Positions 42,709-53,281 of a DNA stretch of 64,000 bases are shown here, one piece after another. The notes under the pieces were generated by a model. That model did no database searches, was not told the DNA's origin, and saw nothing but the letters and a program-made list of their open reading frames with translations. The position numbers were made by a program, and so were the translations under genes. The number at the start of each line of letters is the position of its first letter. Position 1 is the first letter of the stretch. The DNA lies in the IMG/VR virus record IMGVR_UViG_3300028558_000016, positions 1 through 64,000 of that record. One strand, written 5' to 3'.

Positions 42709-43029
42709 TTATACTTTTGTTTTTTCTTTTTTGCTTGTTACGTAAAATGCTGCCAATTGATCCTCAGGACTTCCTAATACAGCTTTTAAAATCTCCAAAA
42801 CATTTGAAACTGCTTCAGATGGAGATTTTACATCCTTGTCTTGAAACCAAGCTTCTTTTTCATCCTCATCTCCTCTTCCACCAATCGCTTTGGACATTAT
42901 TTCTTTTGGACCCTTTACTTTTAAAGTATGATCATCTCCACATTCTATGGTAATCATTCCTTCATCGGAATCCGGATTAGTTCTTATTGAATAAAGAACT
43001 CCTGTTGAATTTGTTGTTACTTTTATCAT
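42709..43029 (-). CDS. Hypothetical protein
   Basis: 106 aa ORF. Confidence 0.6.
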   Translation of the reverse strand: MIKVTTNSTGVLYSIRTNPDSDEGMITIECGDDHTLKVKGPKEIMSKAIGGRGDEDEKEAWFQDKDVKSPSEAVSNVLEILKAVLGSPEDQLAAFYVTSKKEKTKV

Positions 43030-43054
43030 TTTATTACTTCTTTCTTCAGTTGAG

Positions 43055-43062
43055 CAAATATA
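43055..43062 (-). promoter_or_regulatory. Bacteroidota sigma70-type -7 element
   Basis: TATATTTG matches TAnnTTTG, upstream of 43029. Confidence 0.55.
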
Positions 43063-43115
43063 CTAATTTTTTGAAACTTAGAAAAATTATTTGAATCATT
43101 TCTGGGGCATTGATA

Positions 43116-43715
43116 TTAACTACTTACTGCAATATCTGCAGCCATATTTTTTAGAATGCTCGAAATTACATCTTCGCCAATTAGATTTATCTCACCTATG
43201 ATTAGGTCATATTCTTTTTTGGTGATACTCTTCTTAGCTTTGGCCTTATTTATTTTACTTATCAACGCATTTACCTTTTTATCTCCTTCGGTCTTTTCCT
43301 TCTCTGATTTTTGATGATCTGGATTTTCCAATAAACTGTATCTTATATCATGGATATTAGCCATGAATGTTTTTACCGGAGAAGGAACAACATCGCCTTT
43401 CTCAGTGAGAACCCTAACACATGCATCAGCCATATCAATGATGATGTTCTGATTTGTTGTTATTATTCTGAATTCATCTTTCGATGGATTTTGGACAATT
43501 CTCGACACAATTGTTTTCAGTTGGTTGATAGGTAATTCTCTTTCAGGAAAAAGATATGTGGTCTTTGTGAAAGGAATTATTTTTTCCAATTGCTCATACG
43601 TGTGATAAGGAGCAACAAGACATTTAATGATCTTACCTTCGTAAAGCATCTTCGATGTTTCCATTTCTTCCTTGGAAAGATCAAATAAATTAGGTTTAAT
43701 TTTCGGACTTGCCAT
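43116..43715 (-). CDS. Hypothetical protein
   Basis: 199 aa ORF. Confidence 0.65.
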   Translation of the reverse strand: MASPKIKPNLFDLSKEEMETSKMLYEGKIIKCLVAPYHTYEQLEKIIPFTKTTYLFPERELPINQLKTIVSRIVQNPSKDEFRIITTNQNIIIDMADACVRVLTEKGDVVPSPVKTFMANIHDIRYSLLENPDHQKSEKEKTEGDKKVNALISKINKAKAKKSITKKEYDLIIGEINLIGEDVISSILKNMAADIAVSS

Positions 43716-43716
43716 A

Positions 43717-44574
43717 TTACTTTATTAATGTTTTAATTTTAACGCTTGGTGTTTGATACTTCAACCATTCATTCAATTTCCTTCTGATTGGTTTGCATTC
43801 GATTATTTCTTCTTTCTCTTGTTCAGATTCAGCTATCTTGTTTCTATATTCTTTCTTTTTAGTTTCATCTGTATTAATCTCAATTCCTCTTTTTGCCAAT
43901 TTAATTATTTGATCACAGATGTCAATACTTTTTTCATCTTCTTTTAATCCATTCTCTGACTCAACAAGACATTTTTTAACTGTCTGATTTTCTGTATACC
44001 AACTTCTTCCTTTGATCCATTTTATCTCATGCGCGGTAAATGGCATCTTTCCAGGCTTAGGTCTTTTTGCTTTGGAAACTTTATAGTAATCTTCCTCGAG
44101 ATTAACCATCTCTTCCAATTCCTTTTCATTTCGTTTTAACCACTTTGCGTATTCTTCCATGAACTCCAAGTTCTTGGCAAGAACCTTATACGATGGATGT
44201 ATTGCATTATACAATTCAGTTCTGTCTTCTTCTGGTTCTTCTTTAAGAATCCCAAGATAAAAACGAACATTGGTTAAATATCTTCCCTTGTGTCGAGAAA
44301 ATTTTCCATCAGTACCATCATCTTCCCATACATTATATCCCTTCGTTGGAACATAAAATATGTTTGATTCAGGATGTCCCAATGATCCTCCAGTATCACA
44401 TGCCTTAACAAGGCCTTCCTCGATTAATTCATCAAGATATTGTGTATGGAGATCTGAAAATTTTTCACCTCCAAGGACCTTGACAATCCCAGAAAGGCCT
44501 TGTCCCATTTTCTTTTGAACATCAACGACAAGTTGATATACTTCTTCTTTTGTTATAATTTTATCCTCTTTCAT
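43717..44574 (-). CDS. Hypothetical protein
   Basis: 285 aa ORF. Confidence 0.65.
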   Translation of the reverse strand: MKEDKIITKEEVYQLVVDVQKKMGQGLSGIVKVLGGEKFSDLHTQYLDELIEEGLVKACDTGGSLGHPESNIFYVPTKGYNVWEDDGTDGKFSRHKGRYLTNVRFYLGILKEEPEEDRTELYNAIHPSYKVLAKNLEFMEEYAKWLKRNEKELEEMVNLEEDYYKVSKAKRPKPGKMPFTAHEIKWIKGRSWYTENQTVKKCLVESENGLKEDEKSIDICDQIIKLAKRGIEINTDETKKKEYRNKIAESEQEKEEIIECKPIRRKLNEWLKYQTPSVKIKTLIK

Positions 44575-44977
44575 GAGACATTAATTTTTCTAATCCTTGT
44601 TTTGTTCCATCTTCATCTTTCCATTTTTGGAATTCTGCCAATTTATCTGGAGTGCTAATATCAGCATCAGATACCATTTGAAAGAATTCTTTTTCAGAAG
44701 CAAATCCTAATTGAGCAACCAATTCTTCAATCTCTTTATTTGGAGAAAGTCCAGGTTCATGTGAACTTCCATCTTTGTTGATAGTTATGGTCTCATTGAT
44801 CTTTTGCATGTTAACTCTATCATACTTCTTTTTAATCTCTTCAAGATCATCATCAGGCATAACGTATACAGGATAATCATCATAATCAAATGTATCACAT
44901 ACGGAAATAACATGCGTTGCACCTTTTTCCTTTGCGGTGGCTATCCACCGGTCTACATCTTTTCTACTTGCTGCCAT
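44561..44977 (-). CDS. Hypothetical protein
   Basis: 138 aa ORF. Confidence 0.65.
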   Translation of the reverse strand: MAASRKDVDRWIATAKEKGATHVISVCDTFDYDDYPVYVMPDDDLEEIKKKYDRVNMQKINETITINKDGSSHEPGLSPNKEIEELVAQLGFASEKEFFQMVSDADISTPDKLAEFQKWKDEDGTKQGLEKLMSHERG

Positions 44978-44994
44978 TTTATTTTATATTTATA

Positions 44995-46665
44995 TTACCA
45001 ATCTCCTGAAGCACCACCGCCGGATGAACTTCCACCGCCAAAATCTGAACTTGAACTTGAAGATGAACTGCTCGAAGAACTTGAGCTTGACATTGATGAA
45101 TACAATGCTGCTTGTCTTCTTCTTTCTTCTTCGGCTTCTTCCTCTCTTTTCCTTCTTCGTTTTCTTTCCTCTTCTTCGATGTCATCGTCAGCTTTACGTT
45201 TAACAGAATCAAGATCACTTATTAAAGCATACATCTCGCTGTAAGCAATCAATGGATTATTTGCTTCTCTGTACATTGCTGCTTTAGATTCAACCGTTCT
45301 AAATTTTGATTTAGTCGTGGATGAAACGTCACTATTTCCAATTCTTCGTTTAACATCATTAAGCAATGAATTTATTCTGCTTCTATTGGTTGATACATAT
45401 TTAACTGCATCAGATATTTTGTTTAACCTATCGTCGACAACTTTTAAGTGACCTTTTATTTCTCTTTCTGAGGTTTGAATCGAATGAAAATTCATCTTAC
45501 ATTCATCGTACTTTTCCATTGTAGACTCATTGATCTTATGTTGTAACTTCAATAAGGCATTATGCATATCGCTAAGCTTATTAATAAGCATCTTTTCTGG
45601 AAAGGCAATCTCAATAACACTGCTTGAATAGGTTGAAACCATTCTGGTGTAATTGGCATTGGTGTTCGTTATCGCTGCATTAATTTCCTGTGTGGTCTTG
45701 TAATAAGAATTGATGGAAGCTTTCAGAGTATTAAACTCTGTAAATCTAACATAAACAGCTCTTATAGATTCCAATAACGCAGATGAAATATTACGTATCA
45801 AAAGCTGTTCAGACTCCATCGACTCGATAGAAAGATTTCTTTGCGTAAGCAAATCATCCAATTTTCTTTTAGCCTCGTCATATTTGCTTAAGTCTGCAGT
45901 GAACACTGTTTTATTTTCCTTAGCCCACGCCAGCATCTTATTGTAATCATTTATAGAACTGTTATTATCGGATGTTAGTTTTTCCAATTTCATCTTCTTT
46001 TCTCTGGCCTCAGCAGCAATCTTCTCCTTTTTCCTTTTGTCAGTTATGTATAACACGATTAATGCAGCAATTGCAGCTCCTATAATTCCAAACCACGTGA
46101 AGAAAGTTACAAGACCATCGTTGAATGCTTGTTTGTCTTTTTCCATTTGTTCGGCCTGTTTTCTTTTAAGGTCTTTTCTTTCTTGCCACGACAACGGTCC
46201 AAGCTTCGTAGTGAAATCGTCTATGAGAGCATTAAAACCTGCTGTATAATTTTTCTGCTTAAGAAATGGAACCAATTTAGATTGTGCCTCGGTTCTTGCA
46301 TAACCATCCGTGATATATTCCTCAAGACCATCACCAACCTCTATTCTCCATTTTCTATCCGTAACAGATATGAGCATCAACAATCCATTGTTTAATTCTT
46401 TGGTTCCTATCCCCCATGCTCTAAATAACTCATTAGAATAAGAATCAACATCCTTGCCATCAAGAGACATAATAGTAACAATGGTCATTTCAATGGAAGA
46501 TTTATTTTTAAAATCTCTTATCTTCTTATCGAGAAGAGGTTCATCTGCATCATCGATGACATTTGCGAAATCGTTGACATACGTGTCAGTCTTATGCTCA
46601 GGCAAAGTCTGAGAATAAGTGTTCATCCATAAAATGGAAATAAATAGTACTAATGCTTTTTTCAT
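44995..46665 (-). CDS. TPM domain membrane protein with coiled coil and Ser/Gly-rich tail
   Basis: YVNDFANVI, WGIGTKELNNGLLMLIS, RIEVGDGLE, TM segment, C-terminal FGGGSSSGGGASGDW. Confidence 0.88.
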   Translation of the reverse strand: MKKALVLFISILWMNTYSQTLPEHKTDTYVNDFANVIDDADEPLLDKKIRDFKNKSSIEMTIVTIMSLDGKDVDSYSNELFRAWGIGTKELNNGLLMLISVTDRKWRIEVGDGLEEYITDGYARTEAQSKLVPFLKQKNYTAGFNALIDDFTTKLGPLSWQERKDLKRKQAEQMEKDKQAFNDGLVTFFTWFGIIGAAIAALIVLYITDKRKKEKIAAEAREKKMKLEKLTSDNNSSINDYNKMLAWAKENKTVFTADLSKYDEAKRKLDDLLTQRNLSIESMESEQLLIRNISSALLESIRAVYVRFTEFNTLKASINSYYKTTQEINAAITNTNANYTRMVSTYSSSVIEIAFPEKMLINKLSDMHNALLKLQHKINESTMEKYDECKMNFHSIQTSEREIKGHLKVVDDRLNKISDAVKYVSTNRSRINSLLNDVKRRIGNSDVSSTTKSKFRTVESKAAMYREANNPLIAYSEMYALISDLDSVKRKADDDIEEEERKRRRKREEEAEEERRRQAALYSSMSSSSSSSSSSSSSSSDFGGGSSSGGGASGDW

Positions 46666-47168
46666 GCTTCTTCTGTTTTTATTTCATCCTCATTTGTATA
46701 TGGATCTTCAACTCCGGCGTTGAGGATGTCTATCGCCTTCATTATTTCTTTATACCACTTAATTATTTTGGTGAGATGATAGTGTTTGAATTTAGTTCCG
46801 TCAAAATTAGGAACTATCTTCTCCATCATCTTCTCCTTATCGTCATTTGACAGATTTTCGAATCCATCAAGTTCTTCTCTTGTTATCTGTTTAGCATCTT
46901 CCATTGTTATCAAATTATCGATAACGCTTTCAAGACTACGTTCTCCACCAATCAAGAAAATCTTATATTCATCAATGGCAGCAACTTCCGAAACTTTTGC
47001 AGTAGTTATTTGTTTTTCATTCAAAAGACTTTGCGCACGACACATTGTCGGAGAACTTCCCTTAAACACCCACAATCCGGATTTTCCTTTTATTGTGATT
47101 AGATTTTTAATTTCAAATGGTTCCATCTTATCTTTGTTTAAATATTGTAATCTTAAACTTATGCACAA
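46662..47168 (-). CDS. DUF5606-like protein
   Basis: ITIKGKSGLW..., VPNFDGTKF...KIIKWY; family typical of Bacteroidota. Confidence 0.65.
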   Translation of the reverse strand: MCISLRLQYLNKDKMEPFEIKNLITIKGKSGLWVFKGSSPTMCRAQSLLNEKQITTAKVSEVAAIDEYKIFLIGGERSLESVIDNLITMEDAKQITREELDGFENLSNDDKEKMMEKIVPNFDGTKFKHYHLTKIIKWYKEIMKAIDILNAGVEDPYTNEDEIKTEEA

Positions 47169-47370
47169 AATATATTGACATGAATATTCTCAATAGAGGA
47201 AAGCCATACCCATAATATGGAAAATTAGAATTATAACTCGATGGTCCAAAAACCAAATAAGAAAATACCGACACTATAATTGTTAGCACAAGGTAAAATG
47301 CAATGAACATGATTAGCCAGTTCACTATAAACACTCTTGATTTAGACCACGTTACTTCTATCTTTTTCAT
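47128..47370 (-). CDS. Small membrane protein
   Basis: Hydrophobic 80 aa ORF. Confidence 0.5.
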   Translation of the reverse strand: MKKIEVTWSKSRVFIVNWLIMFIAFYLVLTIIVSVFSYLVFGPSSYNSNFPYYGYGFPLLRIFMSIYFVHKFKITIFKQR

Positions 47371-47552
47371 TATTGTGCAACTAAAGACTTCTCATGAAAT
47401 CTTGATTTATAATACGACATCTTTTTTCCTTTGTCATTGATGACGAAAACCTTGTTTTCTTCTTCTCCGAGTATTTCATAATTATTTCCAACTGTTAGGT
47501 CCGCATGCGAATTATGCTCGCACACCATCATTTTTTTCTGTTTCGTTTTCAT
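47370..47552 (-). CDS. Small SH3-like hypothetical protein
   Basis: LTVGNNYEI....V.VINDKG....Y..SRF. Confidence 0.55.
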   Translation of the reverse strand: MKTKQKKMMVCEHNSHADLTVGNNYEILGEEENKVFVINDKGKKMSYYKSRFHEKSLVAQ

Positions 47553-48546
47553 TTTGTTTAAGTTTGTTTTTTAGTTCGGACAATGCTGGTAAATCTCCCA
47601 GCGTCGTTTTTTCTTTTTTAAATAATGAGCCTTTCACTATATCCCATATAACAACATTCAACCTCGACATCTTCTTTTTCCATATTGAAAACATCAATGA
47701 TGAATATTGACAGGTCTTAAAGTGGTCTATTGTTTCTTGTTGTGTTGGAAATTCCTTATATTGCGATTTGATCAATTCAGATACTCTGTCATATTCAGCA
47801 AGACATTCTTTTTCTTTACCTTTTCCCCAATTAGGAACGTCTCTTTTTCTTTCTTCTATTAAGGATGGGTCAAGCACGGTATAAACAGTGTGATAGATGG
47901 AAGAATAAACAGCAAACACATCGGTTCCTTTAAATCGTATCTTCCTGTAGCTTTTTGAATTGGAAATAATATGAACCGTTTCAGAATGAAGCATGACATT
48001 ATCTCTGAAATCTGCGTATTCAGCAAGAGTCATATCAAGCGAATATCTTTCCTTCATTCGTTGTATTACGTGGTTAGCGTGATCGAGATTCCAATCATGG
48101 ATTTTTCCTTGCCTTTTCGCTTCAAACTCTTTCATGTGCAATGAACCCTTCTTAGTATTGCACACCATGCACATAGGCTGAAGATTTTCCAATTCATTAG
48201 AACCTCCTTTTGAACGAGCAGTCACATGATCCTTTGTGATCATTACTTCTCTTCCAAATGCATCTTTTCCATATAAGTTGAAATGCCAATTGTTGTATTT
48301 GTTTCTTCCATTACCAGGAGTCTTTTCAAGTGCAAAGTATTCTCCTTGTGTTGGACAACATGGACATTTAACTCCCTTGTGCTTAAACACTTTATAACCA
48401 AGAAGGCCTGACAAAACGTCAAAGCCTTCAAAGTTCTTTATTTTATGATCGGTATCAACGTTAGAGTCTGCTTCAACCCAGTCTAATACTGTTTTGATGT
48501 CATATACTCCTTGGCGTTTTAAACCACTGTTTGTCTTGGCAACCAT
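47512..48546 (-). CDS. HNH endonuclease domain protein
   Basis: TKDHVTARSKGGSNELENLQPMCMVCNTKKG. Confidence 0.85.
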   Translation of the reverse strand: MVAKTNSGLKRQGVYDIKTVLDWVEADSNVDTDHKIKNFEGFDVLSGLLGYKVFKHKGVKCPCCPTQGEYFALEKTPGNGRNKYNNWHFNLYGKDAFGREVMITKDHVTARSKGGSNELENLQPMCMVCNTKKGSLHMKEFEAKRQGKIHDWNLDHANHVIQRMKERYSLDMTLAEYADFRDNVMLHSETVHIISNSKSYRKIRFKGTDVFAVYSSIYHTVYTVLDPSLIEERKRDVPNWGKGKEKECLAEYDRVSELIKSQYKEFPTQQETIDHFKTCQYSSLMFSIWKKKMSRLNVVIWDIVKGSLFKKEKTTLGDLPALSELKNKLKQNENETEKNDGVRA

Positions 48547-48549
48547 GTT

Positions 48550-49146
48550 TTACTTGATATTGAATTCCACGTCAGGGGAATTCTGTGCGTTAGAATTTGC
48601 TTTAAAATAATCTTTGCGTGAATATCCAAATGCACCAGCCCAAACATTTTTTGGAAACACCTTGATGTATTTGTTATACTCAACAACGGTCTTGTTGAAA
48701 TCTTTACGTGATATTGTTATCCTGTTTTCAGTTCCAGCAATTTCGCTTTGTAAATTTAAAAATTGTTGATCAGCTTTTAAATTTGGATATTGTTCTGCAA
48801 CAACCATCAAACGTCCCAATGAACTGGAAAGTTGTGTTTGTGCGGCTTCAAATTGAGCAATGCTTTCTGAATTTAATTTAGATGGATCGATTGTCACCTT
48901 TGTTGCATTTGCTCTTGCTTCAATAACGGCTGTCAATGTTGACTTTTCGAAATTTGCATAAGCCTCAACGGTCTTAACGAGCTTTGGAATTAAATCCATT
49001 CTGCGTTGATATTGTGTTTGGACGTCTCCCCAACTTTGATCGACTGTTTCTTCCTTTGTTGCCATGTTGTTGAAACTTGTGCAACCATTCATAAAGATGA
49101 GTATTGACACAAATCCAATGATTCCTATTGTGATGTATTTTTTCAT
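48550..49146 (-). CDS. lemA: LemA family protein
   Basis: N-terminal TM; WGDVQTQYQRRMDLIP, EQYPNLKAD, ENRITISRKDFN. Confidence 0.93.
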   Translation of the reverse strand: MKKYITIGIIGFVSILIFMNGCTSFNNMATKEETVDQSWGDVQTQYQRRMDLIPKLVKTVEAYANFEKSTLTAVIEARANATKVTIDPSKLNSESIAQFEAAQTQLSSSLGRLMVVAEQYPNLKADQQFLNLQSEIAGTENRITISRKDFNKTVVEYNKYIKVFPKNVWAGAFGYSRKDYFKANSNAQNSPDVEFNIK

Positions 49147-49210
49147 GTTATTTGTTTTGGTTTATCTATGATTTAATTGTAAATATACTAACTTCTTTTC
49201 TAAAATAAAA

Positions 49211-49573
49211 CTACTTCCTAAATCGCTTGAACCTATCTAATACCTTGAGACTTCCTGATAATAAGACAGACAATAAAACCAAGGCTATTCCTGCGATGAA
49301 AAACTCTTTCGCGGCAACCATCATCTCAAGCATCCAAAATATATTCATGGCCAACCAACAGTTAACTGCCATTGAAATGGAAATATTTCCAGCATCAGGT
49401 TTTTCAAATGCTGATGCAACTCCGGTTAGAACAGTTGGAATGATTAAAAATGTAGCAATCTTAATCTCATCAAACATCCACAATGAGTCCATCGAAAACC
49501 ATAAAATGGAATTTGAAGCCTCAAGCCACATGAATATTTTATTCCTCGTTCCTTGTTCCATAATAACGATCAA
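49211..49573 (-). CDS. Membrane protein
   Basis: Four hydrophobic segments. Confidence 0.65.
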   Translation of the reverse strand: MIVIMEQGTRNKIFMWLEASNSILWFSMDSLWMFDEIKIATFLIIPTVLTGVASAFEKPDAGNISISMAVNCWLAMNIFWMLEMMVAAKEFFIAGIALVLLSVLLSGSLKVLDRFKRFRK

Positions 49574-50631
49574 TTGCCCGTGGTGCCATCCATGGCTTCA
49601 ATATTTGGTTCAGACGATTCTCTACTCTCTTCAGAAACGTCGATAATTTTGTCATTTGGTTTTTCATGCTTTTTTGGTTTGTTAGATTGTACAATATTTA
49701 ACGGAGTTGCTTTCACCCAAGTTCCATTTTCAAGCTGAGTGCATAAACTCTTCTTTACATAAATTGTTGTTTTGTGATCAAGCTTAACAGGAACCTTTTC
49801 TTCCTTCACAAGTCTCTGTTGGAATTCCTTCATCGTCTTAGGACTGTTAGCTTTAATTTCCTCGAGCTTCTTTTGTCTTTCCTCTGCGGCTTCTTTATTC
49901 TTCTTAGCTGCAAGCAATTTCTTCGAAGAAATTGCCATCTTCTTTGCGTTCTCTGCTCTTTTTGCTTTTTCTATTTTTTCCTTTTCTACTTTCTTTTCTG
50001 CCATCACAGCGAGAACTATTTCACGTTTTTGTTTCTTTTCTGCTTCTTTTTTCTCTCTTTCAATAGTTCGTTTTTTTCTATTTTCTTCCTTGATAGCATC
50101 CTTCTTTTTCTTTTCAACTGCTTTTTTCTCTTTTTCAATCACTCGGTTTTTTCTATTCTCTTTGTCGGTGATTTCTTTTTGTTCCTTTTTAATTAATTTC
50201 TTTTTTGCTTGTTCAAAGCGATCGTCTCTTTCTTTCACAAAAATATCATAACGCCACTTGCGAATCAATTTCAGATCATTGTAATCATCGAACTTTCCAT
50301 TCTTATACACGAGCATGTGTTTATTAGAGAAAGTACCATTCTTAGCATTCCATTTATCGAGATGATATTTAGCTTGATTCTTTCCTCTTCCACCACCCTC
50401 GATCTTTTGATTTCTTTTGGATATTTCTTTTGGATCAGGAAGCCTTCTTTTGGCCCATACTGCTTTCTTTTCGGCGTCAGTTCTAACCAAACCAAGTTCA
50501 GACATTCTTCTTTTAATTACTCTATGCGTCAGGCCGGTTCCAGCTGAAAGCTGGAAACCGTTCATTGTCTTGTAATTATCTCGAATGAATGAATCTTGTT
50601 TACGAGTAATTTTAGTTTTATTTGGGCTCAT
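49570..50631 (-). CDS. Lys/Glu-rich coiled-coil protein with N-terminal HTH-like segment
   Basis: FIRDNYKTM....LS...G.....IKRRMSELGL; long charged helix. Confidence 0.55.
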   Translation of the reverse strand: MSPNKTKITRKQDSFIRDNYKTMNGFQLSAGTGLTHRVIKRRMSELGLVRTDAEKKAVWAKRRLPDPKEISKRNQKIEGGGRGKNQAKYHLDKWNAKNGTFSNKHMLVYKNGKFDDYNDLKLIRKWRYDIFVKERDDRFEQAKKKLIKKEQKEITDKENRKNRVIEKEKKAVEKKKKDAIKEENRKKRTIEREKKEAEKKQKREIVLAVMAEKKVEKEKIEKAKRAENAKKMAISSKKLLAAKKNKEAAEERQKKLEEIKANSPKTMKEFQQRLVKEEKVPVKLDHKTTIYVKKSLCTQLENGTWVKATPLNIVQSNKPKKHEKPNDKIIDVSEESRESSEPNIEAMDGTTGN

Positions 50632-52043
50632 TATTTTACTTTTGCTTTAGTCAAACCTTTTGCGGCAGCTTCTATTTCTTGTATTGATTGAAGAGAGTCA
50701 CAAGTTGTTTTGTCATCTCTCAATGTTTTAAATACAGGATGCAATAAAGAATAATTTCCAGCTGAGTCGGATGATAATCCACAACACTTAACTTCAAGTA
50801 TCATTCCTTCAAGCTTCTTTTGGTTCTTAGTAATATACTCCATCATCGCTTCATCTATTCCGGTAGGACGTGTAAACACTTTTCCATCAGATGACTCGGC
50901 GTTCACGGAAGAAATAACGTTAGCATTTTTTCCTGTTCCGTAATTGAAACCAACAATTTTCAAATCAACATCCATTTCCAATTTCATCTTCACCTGCCAA
51001 TTTGGTTTACCATCTTTCCAGGTTCCCATTGATGCTTTAAGTATTGTTCCCTCTTGTCCAGTGTTAAGATTTTCCTGGAAGTGGATCATTGCTTCCTCGA
51101 AAGAATAAACCTTCTTTGTGGCAATGAATGAAACCATAGAAGGTTTAACCTTCTTCATAAGAGCTGACAAATTAACTAATCTGTCATGGTATGGAACAGA
51201 GCACTCAGCGTCAAAATATTCATCAACGGTTATGGTGTCCCAAACAGTGAAGCGAATTGCATTCAACGCTTCTCTATATGTCATGCCATGTTTCTTTTCA
51301 AACTTAGTTGTTTCTTCTACTATGCTTTCGCCGGCATTTCTTTTATCTCCAATGCTTACCAATGAAGCAACAATTCCATTGCTAATATAACGAGTAACTC
51401 CGTCGATAGTTAATTCACCGTTAAGAACGCAGTCATCAAACTTTTTTAGTTCTTCAACAAACTTTGCACCATCGAGAATTGTGGCATTTCCGCCACGACT
51501 TTCCAATTCAACTTCGCCACCACGTATGATTGCATTTGCATAACGACCATCCATTTTAATTTGGCTATAAGCATATCCCTTGTTTGATTTATCCTCGAAT
51601 ATTGCTTTACCTAATTTCTCGCTAAAAGCTTTTGCACCCATGTAAGGAGTATCTTCAATCAATTTAGGAAAGATCTTATTTATGTTTGTGGTTCCCATAC
51701 CAAGCTTACAATCCTTTTCAATTATTCGCTCTATAATATAAGCATCCTCTTTTGTAACAGATGAAAGCACTTTTGCTAAATGGTTTACGGCATCATGACC
51801 AGTTTTTTTCCTGTCAGATAACAGTGACAATGATTTAACGGCTGCTTCCAAATCTAATACAGGAGAAGTTGGAGTATCATAATCAGGAATTTGTTTGATA
51901 AAGAATTTAATTCTTTTTGAGTTTGCCAAGTACAGAACTTCTTTCAAAAGAGAGTTTGACTTGTAAGAAGAAAGAATTTCCATCTTCTTGTTGCTTCCTG
52001 GCTCGGAAGATATTTCGTTGAATATTGATTTGATTTTTGTCAT
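50631..52043 (-). CDS. ATP-dependent DNA ligase (T4 gp30-like)
   Basis: KMDGRY, LNGEL, FTVWD, EGTILK, VKMK, C-terminal OB domain with HPVF. Confidence 0.92.
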   Translation of the reverse strand: MTKIKSIFNEISSEPGSNKKMEILSSYKSNSLLKEVLYLANSKRIKFFIKQIPDYDTPTSPVLDLEAAVKSLSLLSDRKKTGHDAVNHLAKVLSSVTKEDAYIIERIIEKDCKLGMGTTNINKIFPKLIEDTPYMGAKAFSEKLGKAIFEDKSNKGYAYSQIKMDGRYANAIIRGGEVELESRGGNATILDGAKFVEELKKFDDCVLNGELTIDGVTRYISNGIVASLVSIGDKRNAGESIVEETTKFEKKHGMTYREALNAIRFTVWDTITVDEYFDAECSVPYHDRLVNLSALMKKVKPSMVSFIATKKVYSFEEAMIHFQENLNTGQEGTILKASMGTWKDGKPNWQVKMKLEMDVDLKIVGFNYGTGKNANVISSVNAESSDGKVFTRPTGIDEAMMEYITKNQKKLEGMILEVKCCGLSSDSAGNYSLLHPVFKTLRDDKTTCDSLQSIQEIEAAAKGLTKAKVK

Positions 52044-52078
52044 AGGTTTTGTTTTACTGATGATTATTGCTAATTTAA

Positions 52079-52390
52079 TTATTTAATTTTATTTTCTTCT
52101 GTTTTTATTTCAACCCAACCAACGTGGTCACATTTAAATGGTTTGCCGTTTCTAACTATCACATCGCCAACAGATGTTGAACGGCACGGTTGTTTCTTTG
52201 CTGTGATGTTTTTATTGAGCGTCCACGAATAATCTATATTTTGCGTTGACTCAAATGCTTCGTCGAGATCCATTGTTTCTGGTCCTTCTGCAACGAGTTC
52301 AAAATTTTTATCGTTGAATTCTTGATCATCTCCGAAACCGAAATTAGGTTTCTTTGCGTGATATACTTTTATGTTTTTGTTTTCTTCCAT
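52079..52390 (-). CDS. Hypothetical protein (RSTSVGD motif)
   Basis: LDEAFESTQN..SW.....RSTSVGDVI. Confidence 0.65.
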   Translation of the reverse strand: MEENKNIKVYHAKKPNFGFGDDQEFNDKNFELVAEGPETMDLDEAFESTQNIDYSWTLNKNITAKKQPCRSTSVGDVIVRNGKPFKCDHVGWVEIKTEENKIK

Positions 52391-52393
52391 TTT

Positions 52394-52870
52394 TTATGAT
52401 TTTAATTTAAGTTTTAATTGGGGGGTTATTTGATTTTTAGTGTGTTTACAAGATGGATAATTTGTGCATCCCATGAACAAGTGTGTGGTTTTGTTATTCT
52501 CTCTTATAACGAGAACACCACTACAATTTTTTTCAGGACACTTATGGTCTCTCACATGTCTGTATAATTCTCTACAACGTTCTTTTGTATTCTTAAGAGC
52601 TGATGCAGTTCTATGAACTCTCTTTTCAAGCTTCAATATTCTTTGTTCCTTGTTGTCATAAATGAAACAACGTATTGCATCAGAACCTTTTTGCCTGCTA
52701 ACGCTTTCTCCAACACCTATGGTTGAATAAACACGAATTTCCAATTCTGTATTCTTAATAGGGAATTTAAAAACTCTCTCAAAAGTTCCATCGATTTTAA
52801 CCTCTGTGAACTTCATGATGTCCATTAGCTTTTTAAAATCGGTATAAGTTATTTGTACGTATTTGCTCAT
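52394..52870 (-). CDS. Protein with C-terminal topoisomerase-type C4 zinc ribbon
   Basis: CPEKNCSGVLVIR.....FMGCTNYPSC. Confidence 0.75.
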   Translation of the reverse strand: MSKYVQITYTDFKKLMDIMKFTEVKIDGTFERVFKFPIKNTELEIRVYSTIGVGESVSRQKGSDAIRCFIYDNKEQRILKLEKRVHRTASALKNTKERCRELYRHVRDHKCPEKNCSGVLVIRENNKTTHLFMGCTNYPSCKHTKNQITPQLKLKLKS

Positions 52871-52871
52871 T

Positions 52872-53273
52872 TTAAAATTTCAATATTTTAGTGTGAAAAT
52901 TAACTGTATCTATATTGAACGCGTCTTGCATTCCTCTCCATTGAAATAAATTAAATTCAGTTTGTATATCTTTAGGCAAATCTTTGAAAGTAACTTCTTT
53001 AAAGGAATGTTCCAATAAATCTGAACGCATTCTTGTTGTTATAAATTCAAAACTCATATCACCACCGGTAATAATTCGTTCATTCTGCATATACACTCTC
53101 ATGTCGCATTTGCCGGCATTATCTGTGCATAGATAATGGAATTCGGCCGCCTTTTCTCTTTGAAAAGAAGCATCAGTCATTTGCACGTAATGACTAAAAT
53201 ATATCTTAGCCTTACTGTGTTTGATTGTTATTTCTCCGCAAATTAAATTGCTTGGTATGGTTTGTCTTTTCAT
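52872..53273 (-). CDS. Hypothetical protein
   Basis: 133 aa ORF. Confidence 0.6.
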   Translation of the reverse strand: MKRQTIPSNLICGEITIKHSKAKIYFSHYVQMTDASFQREKAAEFHYLCTDNAGKCDMRVYMQNERIITGGDMSFEFITTRMRSDLLEHSFKEVTFKDLPKDIQTEFNLFQWRGMQDAFNIDTVNFHTKILKF

Positions 53274-53281
53274 ATATTATC

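Noticed and set aside
47512-48546. HNH genes (also 62486..62782) as mobile introns or inteins
   Set aside because: They are free-standing and no interrupted host gene or intron/intein boundary motifs were seen.
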